From NCBI GenBank assembly GCA_965261545.1, contig CBDHDF010000011.1, positions 864,001-928,000 on the forward strand: DNA of 64,000 bases. The letters run 5' to 3'. Below, piece by piece: positions 9,103-20,807 of this stretch. Position 1 is the first letter of the stretch. Each line of letters opens with the position of its first letter. The notes under the pieces were generated by a model that was not told the origin of the DNA, did no database searches, and saw nothing but the letters and a program-made list of their open reading frames with translations. The DNA comes from Bdellovibrionales bacterium. Its GTDB lineage: Bacteria; Bdellovibrionota; Bdellovibrionia; Bdellovibrionales; UBA1609. The position numbers were made by a program, and so were the translations under genes.

Positions 9103-11305
9103 ACCCTGTGGCGTGCCCTTTGTGCGAGGTTTTTCCTTTCCGTTGTGACTCATGGGAGCTTCCAGCCACCTTTTGATGTATAAAAGAACCCATTTATCTT
9201 GGATGTGAAACTCCACCGCTTTTAAGAGCAAACTCCAGGAAATATTATCGAATAATCCTTTGATGTCAAATTCTAGGACCCATGAATATTTCCAGCATCT
9301 CTCTCGCACCTTTCCCACAGCATCGTGTGCTGACTTATTGGGACGGTATCCGTAAGAGTTTGGATGAAACAAAGGCTCTAGCTTTGGCTCAATAAATCGT
9401 CTGACCACCGTTTGCGCAACTCGGTCTCCCACTGTGGGAATTCCAAGCATTCGCACTCCGCCATCTTTCTTTGGTATGGGCACCGCTTTCACTGCGGGAG
9501 GGAAGTAACTTCCTGAAGCCATTTGATTCCAGATTTTATAGAGATTGTTTCTCAAATCCTGACCAAAATCATCCAAGCTGACTCCATCCACTCCACCAGC
9601 TCCACCGTTGTCCCGTACCTCCAAATAGGCGTACTTCACCATGTTCTTTGCAATGCCCTCAAAGGGCTTTGTTTTAGGTTGTGTAGACTCTATGCTTACC
9701 TCCTTTTTCAGTTTCTGCATCTAACCTACGTTTAGAATGTGCCCCCTTCGCCCTACACCTATTACAGTGTAGCTTTGCTACTACGAGACACTCTGCCCCA
9801 CCATCTGGCATCGGCATTTGAGTCTTGTGGATTACCGCCCACTCGAACTCCTACCTTAACATCCAGAGGATGGTTCCCAAGTTTCCTGAAAGAGCCTAAG
9901 CAAGATTCTTGTCACCTCAGTACCGGAGATCGCCCAACCAGTAAACAGGTTGCCGCTGGGCTTATCGTAGAGTGATACATTCTCTAGTTTCGACCTCAGT
10001 ATTAACTTTTCGATATGTCATCAGTGATTCTTTTGCAATCAACTCTCTTGCTCGTACCTGATGGTTTATACCACCTTTTCCTCACCCCCGATGGGCGGAT
10101 CAAAACCATCCATTTGTGGGCTAACAAAACCATCCATTTAAAAACTTAATATCTGACAAGGCGTATTATAGAATACTTCCTAGAAAACAACCTGGGAGGG
10201 AAGGATGAACGTCTTGAATAAACAAAAACAAGAAGAGATATTAACATTAATTATAGCAGGTCGCTCCTTTCGTGAAATAGCGAAAAGGCTACATGTCAGT
10301 CGATTTACAGTTTCAGAATATGCTAAAGCCCATAGTGTCATTGCGAAAAAAGGGCGCACAGGAGGTGTGGAGCCAAAGTCTCTACCTTTTTCAGGTCCCC
10401 CTGAAGCAGAACCATCATCTTCAGGGTCCCTTGAGGTTTGCTCTGTAGAGTCTTCAAGTGCTTCTGTAATCCAGATCCAAGAGCCCGATGAAGTTTCGGT
10501 TTCCTCTACAGAGGCCAATCAGCGGACACTCCTTGGGGAATCAGGCCTAACACCAGTAGAATCTCATTCAGCACCCCCTGTGGAGCCATGCTCAACTTCT
10601 TTGGCCGTGTCTGATTTGGTTAGCATGGGCCCCAGTGTTTGCCAAAAGCCCCCATCTCCAACCACCACCATGGTGGAAACGAATTTAGCTGCTCCTACAG
10701 AAACTGGATCCACCGACTGTGTAGCTCATTTAATCGAACGAGACAAGCCAGTTCCACCCTCACCTATGGATACAAAGCAGGCTTTTGCCAATGAAAAGCC
10801 ACCTACTCTTTCTTCTTCGGAATTAGGTTTTGTTGTCCCCATGGAAGTAACAAAACCCTTTGAGACAGCACCACCTGAATTGAAAAAGTCTCTTACTGAC
10901 CAGGCTTCCCCAAAGCACCCTCAACGATCTTCCTACCATCAGTCGGCTTGTGAGCCCCACAGGGTTTGGATTGAAAATCAGGCTTTGGATTTAGAGCGCA
11001 ATCGAATGGCCATCTACCAAGATTTGGTGGAGAAATTTGGTTTTTCTCACTCCTAACACAGCGTGAAAAAATTTGTAAGGAAGCTGAAGAAGAGTACCCC
11101 CAAACGCTATGATCGCTTGGATTTTCCCCCGGAGAGGAAGCCCAAGTGGATTATGGCCAAGGGGCTCTGACTATTCACCCCCGGACAGGCAAATATAGGC
11201 GGCCTCGCCTTTTTGTGATGACCCTCAAGTACTCTCGTGCCTCTTTTCGCAAGGTTGTTTGGAAGTCCAGCCAAGAGACGTGGAGCAGACTCCATGAGGA
11301 GGCTT

Positions 11306-11899
11306 CCTGAAATCCCTAAAAGTTGTAACTAGGTTTAATGTATTGCGTTAACTCTCTTTTCCTATGGAATTGGCTACTATCAACGGTTTGAGAGGTTTAA
11401 TAGTATTAATATATTTAATATGACTCATAAAAATCTTCTTCGAAAGGTCCTTCGTTCCCATTGGATCGACAATATAAATTAGGCATAGTGGTAGCCTGCT
11501 TCTCTTCCTTGTCCCAAAAGCTTTTAACTTTATAGAGATAGGTTTTTCTTCAGTAACCCTCTCCAAAATTAGTTTCAGCTCCTATAGCCTGTTTCATGTG
11601 TTCTTGGGAAAGATATATCGCAGATTTTTCCTCTATTTGAAACAATTTTGAGAGATATTTCTTTCATTAAGATTATTATAAGAGTACACAGTTTAAAATA
11701 GCAGTGCCAAGTTTCAAAACGAATCTCGGCAAGAACTACTGGTTTTTTCCTTATTTTTTTGCTCAAAAGTGTATGACATCGTTAATATTGTAACTATGCT
11801 TTTGAAGAGATGAAAATCTCTTAATCAAAGTGAAGGCCTTCTCAGACAATAATCAGGACTTAAGTCCTATACCTAGTTACAACTTTTAGGGATTTCAGG
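11306..11899 (-). mobile_element. Internally deleted (MITE-like) derivative of IS1634-F
   Basis: Ends CCTGAAATCCCTAAAAGTTGTAACTAGG as in 36021-37919; TSD GAGGCTT. Confidence 0.9.
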
Positions 11900-14609
11900 G
11901 AGGCTTTTCATTATTTTTTGGGCTGCCCCTCAATATGTCGTCTTAGACAATCTCAAGGAAGGTGTTATTAAGCCAGATATCTATGAGCCAACGCTGAACG
12001 CCGTTTATGGCGCTGTACTGACTCACTACGGGGTCGTTGCTGACCCGGCAAGAGTTCGTGATCCTGATAGGAAAGGAACCGTTGAGCACGCCATTCACCA
12101 CACCCAAGACACAGCACTGAAGGGTCGTTCATTTAAAACCATTGAGGAGCAAAATGAGTGGCTCATGCACTGGGAGCACACTTGGGCTCGCCCTCGAGTC
12201 CATGGTTTGCACCAAGCGGGTCGTTTCTGAGATGTTTGAAGAAGAGAGCCCCTTTCTCAAAAAGCTCCCCCAAAAGAAATTTGATTTTTTTAAACAAGAG
12301 ATACGAACAGTTGCAGACGATGGGCTCATTCAAGTTGGAAACAGTTACTATTGCGCCTACCCTTCTGATCTAAAGAGCCAAGTCATTGTGCGTATTTATG
12401 ATAAAGACATAGAGATTATGGACCCTGCCACGATGAGTGTGATCCGCCGCCACCAAAAAGCCACTCTCCCGGGGAGTCTCTCTTTGCTAGACAAAGATCG
12501 TGTTTATAATCCATTGTTAGGCGCCAATTAAAATTGGCCATTTTTAGAAGCCGTCGCCAATGAAAAACGGCCAGTTGATGATGTACTGATTTAGTTATTC
12601 TTCGTTCAGAGTTTAGTCAAGTGTCTTTATTTTGCTCATCATTTAACTCGGACTATGCCACAAGATTCTGAGGAATGATTTTCTGCCCACCACTTTTGGC
12701 ATGACCCCAAATGCATCCTTCAGCCCTATGGCAGAGGTAAATGGAGTATTTTTCAGGATTCCTTGGCGCAGCTAATGTCTAAAGCTCCGCGAGAGTGACG
12801 AGCAAATAGTACGGTAAAAGCCAGTTATCCATAAATTTATCCATGGCGACACTGCGGCTGTGACCCCGATGTCTAGCAACGCAGTGCTGCTGTGGATAAA
12901 TTTTGTGGATAACTGGCGAGTTCCTTCCCCAAAAGTGGGGATCTCTAATGAACTTCTTTGGTTGAACTTTCCTCTTTGCTCTGTTTAGACTTGGCTTTTG
13001 CCGATTCGGTTCTCCAACTTTCTTTTCCTTCAATGTTGAGGGTTTCACAGTTGTGAATAATTCGATCAACAGCAGCAGCGGTGGTAATAGGGTTAAGAAA
13101 CACCTTATCCCATTCAGAGTAAGTTAAGTTTGTAGTGATCATGAGACTTTTCCTTTCATATCGCTGAGATATGAATTGAAAGAAAAGATCTGCCCCCTCT
13201 GTGCAGGAAGCTGTATAGCCAAGTTCATCACAAGCAATAAGATCAAAACGGTCTAATTTCTTAAAAAGAGCATTCAATGAGAGTTCTTTCTTGCTTTCAC
13301 GCATTGTTTCAATAAGTTCATGAGTGGTGACCCATAAACATCGATAGCCTTGTTCACAGAGTGAACGAACTAGGGACATGGCCAAATGACTTTTCCCCAT
13401 TCCAAAGCTTCCGTAAAACACAACATTACAGGCTTTTCTGACCCACTCTCCCTCTGCCATCCAATTAATTTGCTGAGCTGTCACTCCCGTTCTTTTCTGG
13501 AAGTTATAAGTTTGGAGTGATTTAAGTTGAGGAAGCTTGGCCCCCTTAAGCAATCTTTTCACTCTCTGGGAATGCTTGTCAGCAAGCTCATTTTGAACGA
13601 GTATACCTAAATAGTTCCTGTCCAGGGAAGAAAGTTAAGTAGTTTTAAGTATTTACATGCCTTCCCTTTAGATTTTATGCTTTAAAATGGAGTCCATCAA
13701 ACATAATCCGTGTAAATTCAGTTACTTACATAAAACGGAAAAATAAAATAAGTTCCCCCCCCCTCTCTTGACGAACCTTTCACAGCCCCTCCCTTTCAGT
13801 GACTTATGTGGCTATCAACTGGTTACTTGATATGAGAGGAAGAGTTGGATCAACCTGTGTTTCCACCGTGGTGATTTCAAACCTCCTTCAGGGAAATAAC
13901 ATTACGTTGCGCATCAACTTCAAAAAATACTTGACGTGTTTTTTCAGAGAAATAATTTTTGATATTTTATTCTTCATTTATTTTTTATGTAGGTTTTAGG
14001 AGGCGTGGGAACCTCTCTATGAGGTAGAATTCTTATCCATGTTCTCCGAGAACCTCTCTGATTTTTTTCTTCTTAAAAGACATCCTTGCTCACTTTTTTC
14101 CCTCAAAAAAACGTATGTTAATATAAAAATTAAAGAGAAACTTTCACCAAAGGGGGGACTATGCGCCATTTGAAGAAGACACAGTTGGGACTCTTTTCCC
14201 AATATCCTAACCACCAACTCAGTACAGAATTGCAGCAAATTAATAACATCATTGATCGCCATCCAGAGTTTGCCCATATGGTTCATGAAGACCTTGTTAA
14301 AGAAAAGAAAGATTCTGGTGATATTGGTATGACATCGGAGCAAGTTCTCAAGGTGGCTATTCTTAAATCCATAAGAGGTCTTTCCTATCGTGCGTTAGCC
14401 TTTAATCTTGTCGATTCAGTATCCACCAGAGCTTTTCTGGGCCTTGAATTGGAAGAAAATTACGCTCACTCCACCTTACAGGACTTGATTGTTCAAATAA
14501 GTGAAGAAACTTGGGGAATTATTAGCGCCTCTTTAGTTTCAGATGCAAGAGATCAAAAGATTGAGCCGTGTAAGAAAATGAGATTGGACAGTACAGTGAC
14601 GAAATCAAA

Positions 14610-14971
14610 CGAGTCCATTACTTAATACCCCCGTCAACGACAGAGGTTTTAGAGAGCTAAGGGTCACGGACCCCTCCCATCCCCTTTATAGGAAGTCATT
14701 CAAGGTGATTTCCATACCTAAAAATCAGAAAAAATCTACTTTTGCTTTTGTTCAATACAAGAACCACATGACGCTACGCATACCATTGGCTTCTACCAAT
14801 CTGAACCCCAATCTCTACGATAGGCAGGCCCCAAGCAAACTTGGTATAGTTGCAATTCAGGAGCTAATTTCACTGACTCAACAACTGGAAGAGCAACTAT
14901 GTCAATTACACCAAAAGATGTCTGGCCAAGACTGCCAAAAGAAATTCAAAAGCAAGTCATCAAAGACTTAA
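14610..14971 (+). CDS. Body of an attP-spanning small gene (start codon at 17054)
   Basis: Frame open from the left junction; RVTDPSHPLYRKSFKV motif lies upstream of the first in-frame GTG. Confidence 0.65.
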
Positions 14972-15135
14972 CTTTAGCCATTGAGGAGATTATATATGAA
15001 AACATCGGAATTGATTACACCTATTCACTTAAAGAGAAAAGCCATAATATACATCAGACAGTCGACCCCTCAGCAAGCCATCAAAAACAAAGAAAGTCTC
15101 GACCTTCAATACTCACTCAGGCAAAGAGCTACTGA
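14899..15135 (+). CDS. Small protein overlapping the LSR start
   Basis: ATG with GGAAGAG upstream; VWPRLPKEIQKQVIKDL. Confidence 0.5.
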   Translation: MSITPKDVWPRLPKEIQKQVIKDLTLAIEEIIYENIGIDYTYSLKEKSHNIHQTVDPSASHQKQRKSRPSILTQAKSY

Positions 15136-17041
15136 ATTAGGTTGGCAAGAAGATAGTATTGAAATTGTCGATGATGATTTGGGGATCACAGGAAGTAGTA
15201 TACAGTTTAGAGAAGGCTTCAAGAATATCCTTGCAGAAGTGACCTTGGAAAAAATTGGTATTATTCTATCGTACGATGTCACTCGTCTATCTAGAAACTG
15301 TACGGACTGGTACCAATTACTTGATCTGTGTGCTTTTAAGAATTGCCTCATTGCTGATAGAGAGTCTATTTATAACCCTTCTAATGTTAATGGAAGAATG
15401 TTACTCGGGTTTAAAGGTCAACTCTCAGAAATGGAATTATTTACGATACGCAATAGATTAACAGCAGGTCTTCTCAACAAAGCCAAGCGAGGAGATTTAG
15501 CTCTTAAATTACCAGTTGGTTTTATTCGAACAGAACAAGGTAAAGTGCTAAAAGATCCAAATAAAGATTTACAAGATCGCATAAATTTAGTATTTACTAT
15601 ATTCTTAAAACTGAAATCAGCCGGTAAGGTGTCGCGATTTTTTAACGATAACAACCTCTTACTTCCAAGAGTTGATTTTGTAAAAAGTATTCATTGGAAA
15701 AAAACATCCAAGGCAGCCATACTTTCTATTTTGAAGAATCCAGCTTATAGCGGAACTTTTGTATATGGCAAAGCTGAATACCGTAGAAAAGACTTAGCTG
15801 GAAAACTTAAGCGTACAAAGCTTCCACTTAATGAATGGAAAATTGTTGTGAAAGATAAATATCCTAAATATATCGATTGGAATACATTCTTAAAGATACA
15901 AGAAATTCTAAAAGACAACTACACTGAATATACTCGTAATAAAACAAGAGGCATACCTCGCCCTGGTAAGGCCCTCTTACATGGGATAGTCTATTGTGGA
16001 GAATGTGGCCACAAAATGTCAGTGCAGTATAAAACAGCAACTCGATACTTATGCAACTATCTACGCCAACAACATCGGGAACCTACTTGCCAATTCATTC
16101 CTACAGATCCAATCGATGATTATGTAGTAAACGCTTTTTTTAAGGTTCTTTCCCCTGTCGAGCTAGACTTGTATGCCAAGGCTTTAGAAAATAAGTCAAA
16201 AATTGACCAAGAGGTTTACAAATCACACATTCAGCAAATTCAGCGTTTAAGGTATGAAGCTCAACTGGTAGAAAAGAGGTATCGCAAAGTAGACCCTGAG
16301 AATAGACTTGTTGCAGATGAATTAGAAACACAATGGGAAGAGGCTTTAGTAATACTTAAAAAAGCCGAAGATCACCTAGAGAGGGTTAAGAATGAACAGC
16401 GTATTCCAACTGTGATCTCTCAAAAAATGAAAAGAGAATTTTCAGATTTGAATCAAAAACTACCTTCGCTATGGGAGGATAAGATATTGACCAAAGACAT
16501 GAAAAAGAAAATTCTTAGAACATTGGTTGAAAAGGTTGTCATTCACAGAAAGAAAAGAGATATGGTTGCACTGAGAATTGTTTGGATTGGAGGAGATACA
16601 ACAGAAGCTAGCATTCCAATCAAAGTTGGATCTTTTGATGAACTGTCATCTTCTGAAACGATAAAGAAAATAATTGCGCATCAGGTCAAGCTTGGGGTGT
16701 CTGATGAAGATATTGCCAAACTATTGACCCAAAAAGGATTCAGATCACCAATGGATACCACTTTTCTCAGAAATACTGTGAAGTCCTATAGACTAAACAA
16801 TAAAATCTATCGGAATCGAAAGCACTCTTTTCCGACCAAAGTCGAGGGAAGCCTCACAACATCTCAAATTGCAGCACTTATTGATGTTAAAGTTCATTGG
16901 ATTTATCACCATATTAAACAAGGGAGGATCATTGTCAAAAAACACGAGAAAACAAAGGCTTATCTCTTTCCAGATAAGAAAAAAACCATATCTGACTTTA
17001 AAAAACTTAAGTCCGGATCAATTAAAAAGCTACGTTACTAA
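14996..17041 (+). CDS. Large serine recombinase with C-terminal HTH-like extension
   Basis: YIRQST, TRLSR, LLHGIVYCGECG; GAGGAG RBS before ATG 14996. Confidence 0.95.
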   Translation: MKTSELITPIHLKRKAIIYIRQSTPQQAIKNKESLDLQYSLRQRATELGWQEDSIEIVDDDLGITGSSIQFREGFKNILAEVTLEKIGIILSYDVTRLSRNCTDWYQLLDLCAFKNCLIADRESIYNPSNVNGRMLLGFKGQLSEMELFTIRNRLTAGLLNKAKRGDLALKLPVGFIRTEQGKVLKDPNKDLQDRINLVFTIFLKLKSAGKVSRFFNDNNLLLPRVDFVKSIHWKKTSKAAILSILKNPAYSGTFVYGKAEYRRKDLAGKLKRTKLPLNEWKIVVKDKYPKYIDWNTFLKIQEILKDNYTEYTRNKTRGIPRPGKALLHGIVYCGECGHKMSVQYKTATRYLCNYLRQQHREPTCQFIPTDPIDDYVVNAFFKVLSPVELDLYAKALENKSKIDQEVYKSHIQQIQRLRYEAQLVEKRYRKVDPENRLVADELETQWEEALVILKKAEDHLERVKNEQRIPTVISQKMKREFSDLNQKLPSLWEDKILTKDMKKKILRTLVEKVVIHRKKRDMVALRIVWIGGDTTEASIPIKVGSFDELSSSETIKKIIAHQVKLGVSDEDIAKLLTQKGFRSPMDTTFLRNTVKSYRLNNKIYRNRKHSFPTKVEGSLTTSQIAALIDVKVHWIYHHIKQGRIIVKKHEKTKAYLFPDKKKTISDFKKLKSGSIKKLRY

Positions 17042-18335
17042 GGGGGTATCAACATGAGTGATCAAATATTCATCATCCAACGGATGCATCGCTTTTATAT
17101 GACTGCATAAGAGTTACAGAAAGAGAATTTAAAAAAGTTCGTAAAAATGTCATGAAAGATTTTTGGCGACTTATTTCAAGAGAAGATCTTAAGAGAGCAA
17201 AAACCTTGCTTTACAAAATTAATAATTCCAAAAATGATGCGGAAAGACTACCTTGCTATAAGGAGCTTTTAAAAATCGCTACCAAATTGAACAAAGGATT
17301 ACCTGATACCATCAGAAAGATAAAAAAAGAACAAAAATGTGTGAAGATGAATGCTTTGAAAAAGAGTCTAAAACAGTTAGAAAATGTTGCCTTCTACCTG
17401 GAAAAAATCATCTTTCAAACTCAAAAAAGAGTTATTGAGGGGAAAAAAGTATCTTCTGAAAAAAAGGTCCTATCCATCTTTGAACCGCATACAGACATTA
17501 TTGTAAAGGGGCAAAGAGAAGTCGAGTTTGGGCATAAAATCTTTCTGACCTCAGGGCAAAGCAACATGATTTTAGATTGTCAGATCCCTGATGGCAACCC
17601 CGCAGACTCTGATATGTTTTTAAAAGTTATGAATTCAGTGACACAAACCTATGGGGCTTGCCCTGTAAAAGTAAGTGCAGATGGTGGGTTTGCTTCAAAA
17701 GAAAATCTTGAAGAGGCCAAAGAGATGGGGGCTAAAGATGTTTGCTTCCCAGAAAAAAAAGGAATGAAAATATTAAAGATGGTTAAAAGTGCTTGGGTCT
17801 TTAAAAATCTTCTCAATTGGAGAGCCGGAATAGAGGCTGTTATTTCATTCCTTAAGAGATGTTTTGGTATGAGAGTTGCTTACTGGAAAGGGCATGATGG
17901 TTTTAAGAGGTATGTAAAGAATGCCGTTTGTGCCTATAATTTTGTTGTCTTGGCAAGACATGAATTATCAACTGTCACCTAAATTTATCCATTAGGAATA
18001 ACAGCAATGGACCAGGTCGAAGGTGCTAAAATCTTCCAAAGGTAGGGGTGCGTCTTCAAATCGAAAAAACTAGGGCGCAAGTCGCTTAAAGACCTTTTTC
18101 CCCTTAATCTGTAGAGTTTGTGTGGCAAATCTCCAACTCTCACTCCCCCATTGAGGCATTGGGAGGCTCAATGGGGAGTGTCAGAGAACAAAAAATGGGC
18201 CTTTCTGGACAGAAACTAAATACTGTTCATACGTCTTTTTTGTTTTTTCGGCAACTCTAGCCGTTGCAACATATTCATCCGCCATCGCTGGAAGTCGGAG
18301 TTTTTTAAGAGAACCTATAAGTTCTTCGTGATTCA

Positions 18336-19802
18336 TTAAGAACCTCCTATGTTTGGAACAAGACTGTCATATTGAGACAATCTAGGTTGAAGTGGTTTTT
18401 GTTGGTCATTCAAATTAATTTTGGTGGGATTGCCTAAGAGCAAATCTTTTATGGATTTAAAGTCGAAAATCTCACGACTTTCTAATTGAAGCTCCATGGC
18501 TGTAGATAAGTCCTGCCAACTCACATGCTGAATCAAGTTGATAACTCTTAAATATTCATGCTCGGCACGGCTTGAATCTTGTTGCTTGAGGTATTGATAA
18601 AAATTTTCAAACACATTTGTTGGAAAAAGAATGGATCGGTGAGCCCATCTTACCATGGCTTGCGGCTTACGAACTAAAGAAGGAAGGATATGTTCAAGAA
18701 GAAGACTATGCTCCCCATCAGGTTTTCTTTGATGGCGAGCGACAATCTCTTGCTTCCCTCCTGCACGATAGATCGTGACATGATAGGGACCCTGTACGGT
18801 TTTACAGGGAGCTTGGATCACCTCATCAGGTATGGAATATGTGGTTTTACCTATTCTCAAAGTCCCATAACCATTACTTTGACAAATATTCACCTTACAG
18901 AGAATATCTTCATCTCGTGGAGGCAAAGGCTTAAGAACTTTGGCCTCCTCCTCAAAGCGAGATTTGGTGGAGTCACTCTGATGCTGATCCATATAAGACT
19001 CTAAAAACTGATTCAAATGATCCCAGTCTTTAAAAACAATTCCTTTGTTTCTAACAATATTTTTTATCCGAGAACTGAAGGTTCGAATATCACGCTCCAC
19101 ATCTCCCTTGTCAGAGCCCTTCCCTGCGCGGCAGGGAAGAACCTTAAATCCATAGTATTGGATGGCTCGATCAAAAGATTGGGTGTAAATTCGCTGATTT
19201 CCTTTAAGAACTTTCTTCACACAGGGAGATAAATTATCAATACGGATGTTCGCACTCATCCCACCTATCTTTTCAAAAAAAGCATGCACCCCATCGATGA
19301 AACACTCATAGACAAGAAAGGGGTAGGCACGAACCCAACAGGTGCCACTACAAGGCAATGTTCCAAAATGGAGATGAACGATCTGAACACCATCGGCAAA
19401 TGGTAAAGCAACCTTCTCCTTAAAATCAAACTGAGCCTGTTCTCCAGGATCATATCTTTGGCTGAAAAAACGCTCCTTGGGGCGAGAACCAAGAATCTCA
19501 CAAACTCTTCTCTGAACCGTTCTCTCACTCCCACGATAACCCTCCTCAACTAATAGCTCATATATTTCACGGGCGGTGTTACTTGGGTTCAACTTCAAAA
19601 AGTACTTCACCCGATCCATATATCCATTAAGGGGATCTGGGCGAGTTCTTTTGGACCTCGCCTTGTACTTCGGTGGGGTGTTGGACTCACAGTACTTGCG
19701 CACCGTCTTACGATTGATCCCTAATTCACGAGATATTTCTGTCTTATTTTTACCACTGTGACTCAGGTCACGAATGCGGCCGAAAGTGTATTGACTAATC
19801 AT
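18336..19802 (-). CDS. istA: IS21-A transposase
   Basis: HTH, QFDF, IDNL, KGDVE; GAGGAGG RBS before ATG 19802. Confidence 0.92.
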   Translation of the reverse strand: MISQYTFGRIRDLSHSGKNKTEISRELGINRKTVRKYCESNTPPKYKARSKRTRPDPLNGYMDRVKYFLKLNPSNTAREIYELLVEEGYRGSERTVQRRVCEILGSRPKERFFSQRYDPGEQAQFDFKEKVALPFADGVQIVHLHFGTLPCSGTCWVRAYPFLVYECFIDGVHAFFEKIGGMSANIRIDNLSPCVKKVLKGNQRIYTQSFDRAIQYYGFKVLPCRAGKGSDKGDVERDIRTFSSRIKNIVRNKGIVFKDWDHLNQFLESYMDQHQSDSTKSRFEEEAKVLKPLPPRDEDILCKVNICQSNGYGTLRIGKTTYSIPDEVIQAPCKTVQGPYHVTIYRAGGKQEIVARHQRKPDGEHSLLLEHILPSLVRKPQAMVRWAHRSILFPTNVFENFYQYLKQQDSSRAEHEYLRVINLIQHVSWQDLSTAMELQLESREIFDFKSIKDLLLGNPTKINLNDQQKPLQPRLSQYDSLVPNIGGS

Positions 19803-20807
19803 AAGATCCTCCTCATTGCTAACCTTTTGAGTTGCAAGAGGGAGGGACTCTGTGAGCTTAGTATCTATATCAGAAGAAGAGACTTCATTGTCTAGTATTT
19901 GAACACTCCCTGAAGATTGGTCACTTTTCATTGGCGACAACCTCCATATTGAAAGTGGGACATTTTAATTGGCGACGGCTTTAAGGGAAGCCTGTCTTCA
20001 GAAAGAAATTCCATGAAAATTGAGGCAAATGTTGGAATCTTGTGGAATTTAAATACTTTAGAAAATGGGCACAGCCTAAACAGGCTTTTCTTGACTATAT
20101 ATTTAACCTCATTGAAATCCAGAAACAGTCTACAAATGAGAAATATGGAACCTGAATAGGCTGTCATGGAAGGACTCTCCAACACGGAGCCCCTTTCCAG
20201 GTCGACAAGAACCCAAAAGGAGTTCTTATCAGCTCGGAGCCTTTTTATGAGTAATATCAATTGATTATATGCGTCTCGGTTGACAATGCCAAAAATCACC
20301 ATAGGTCCTCCTCTGAAAAGTGGCCACTTTTCATTGGCGACGGTGGGGCATTTTAATTGTCAGCTAACATCCATCTCGCCATGTAGAAAATATTTTAGCT
20401 GATGCGGGTCAGATTGGCCCTCAAACAAAAGCTTTTTGTCAGTCATTACTCAGGGTGGATGAGAGAGTTGGAAACAGGCAGATGCGTGGGGTGGTGTCCT
20501 TGGCTAAAAAATATCACTCTGATCTTATTGAAAAAGCAGCCATTCAGGCTGTGAGCAGAGGGGTCTTATCTCTTAGGGTCTTTAAAAGGCTTGTTGAGGA
20601 ACTACAGCCCCCTGTGGATGAGAAAAAGATGGAATCCCACCTCACCCAAGACCACGACATCATTCGACCACCATCCGAGTATGCCATCTACTGGGATTTA
20701 CATGCCAACAACGAAATCCACCACTCACCCTTACACCCTCATCCTAGCACCAACCTTACTTAATCCACCCCCCCCAACCCCTCTTCTAGAGGAAAGGAGC
20801 AATCACA

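Larger units (their letters stand above)
6503..9720 (-). pseudogene. ltrA: Intron reverse transcriptase/maturase, split by an LSR element and frameshifted near 6845
   Basis: GGVDG, PTVGDR, EFDIKGLFDNI, GTPQG / VASPLLSNLFLHY, RYADD, GWYNYYG. Confidence 0.92.
6416..10085 (-). mobile_element. Group II intron (RmInt1-like, class D-like); 5' end cut by IS21-B, RT interrupted
   Basis: Domain V GAGCCCCGTGAC..GGGATCTGTGAGGG and domain VI ending ACTCGAT at 6416; RT ORF. Confidence 0.9.
14604..17066 (+). mobile_element. Minimal serine-recombinase element 2
   Basis: ATCAAA core at 14604-14609 and 17061-17066; IR ATACCCCC (14625-14632) / GGGGGTAT (17042-17049); empty site visible in two other IS-C copies. 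Confidence 0.95.
14161..17982 (+). pseudogene. IS-C transposase split after DSTVTKS
   Basis: Both halves match 48808-50172. Confidence 0.93.
13614..18216 (+). mobile_element. IS5/ISNCY-like element IS-C carrying LSR element 2
   Basis: TIR GTTCCTGTCCAG / CTGGACAGAAAC; TSD TAAATA; intact copy at 48261-50406. Confidence 0.93.
12945..18336 (-). pseudogene. istB: IS21-A istB ATPase split by IS-C
   Basis: GSFGMGKSH Walker A, DELGY; N-terminus at 18223-18336. Confidence 0.9.
12515..20369 (-). mobile_element. IS21-A, full copy with IS-C inserted in istB
   Basis: TG..CA ends; TSD TCCAT at 12510-12514 and 20370-20374. Confidence 0.95.
10205..20763 (+). pseudogene. istA: IS21-B istA with Pro/Ser-rich linker; nonsense, frameshifts and two insertions
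   Basis: HTH N-terminus, stop at 11056, QVDY / DNLK / KGTVE segments, C-terminus at 20375-20763. Confidence 0.85.

Noticed and set aside
6503..9720. RT as a retron, DGR or defence RT
   Set aside because: RmInt1-like sequence with maturase domain and domains V/VI identifies a group II intron
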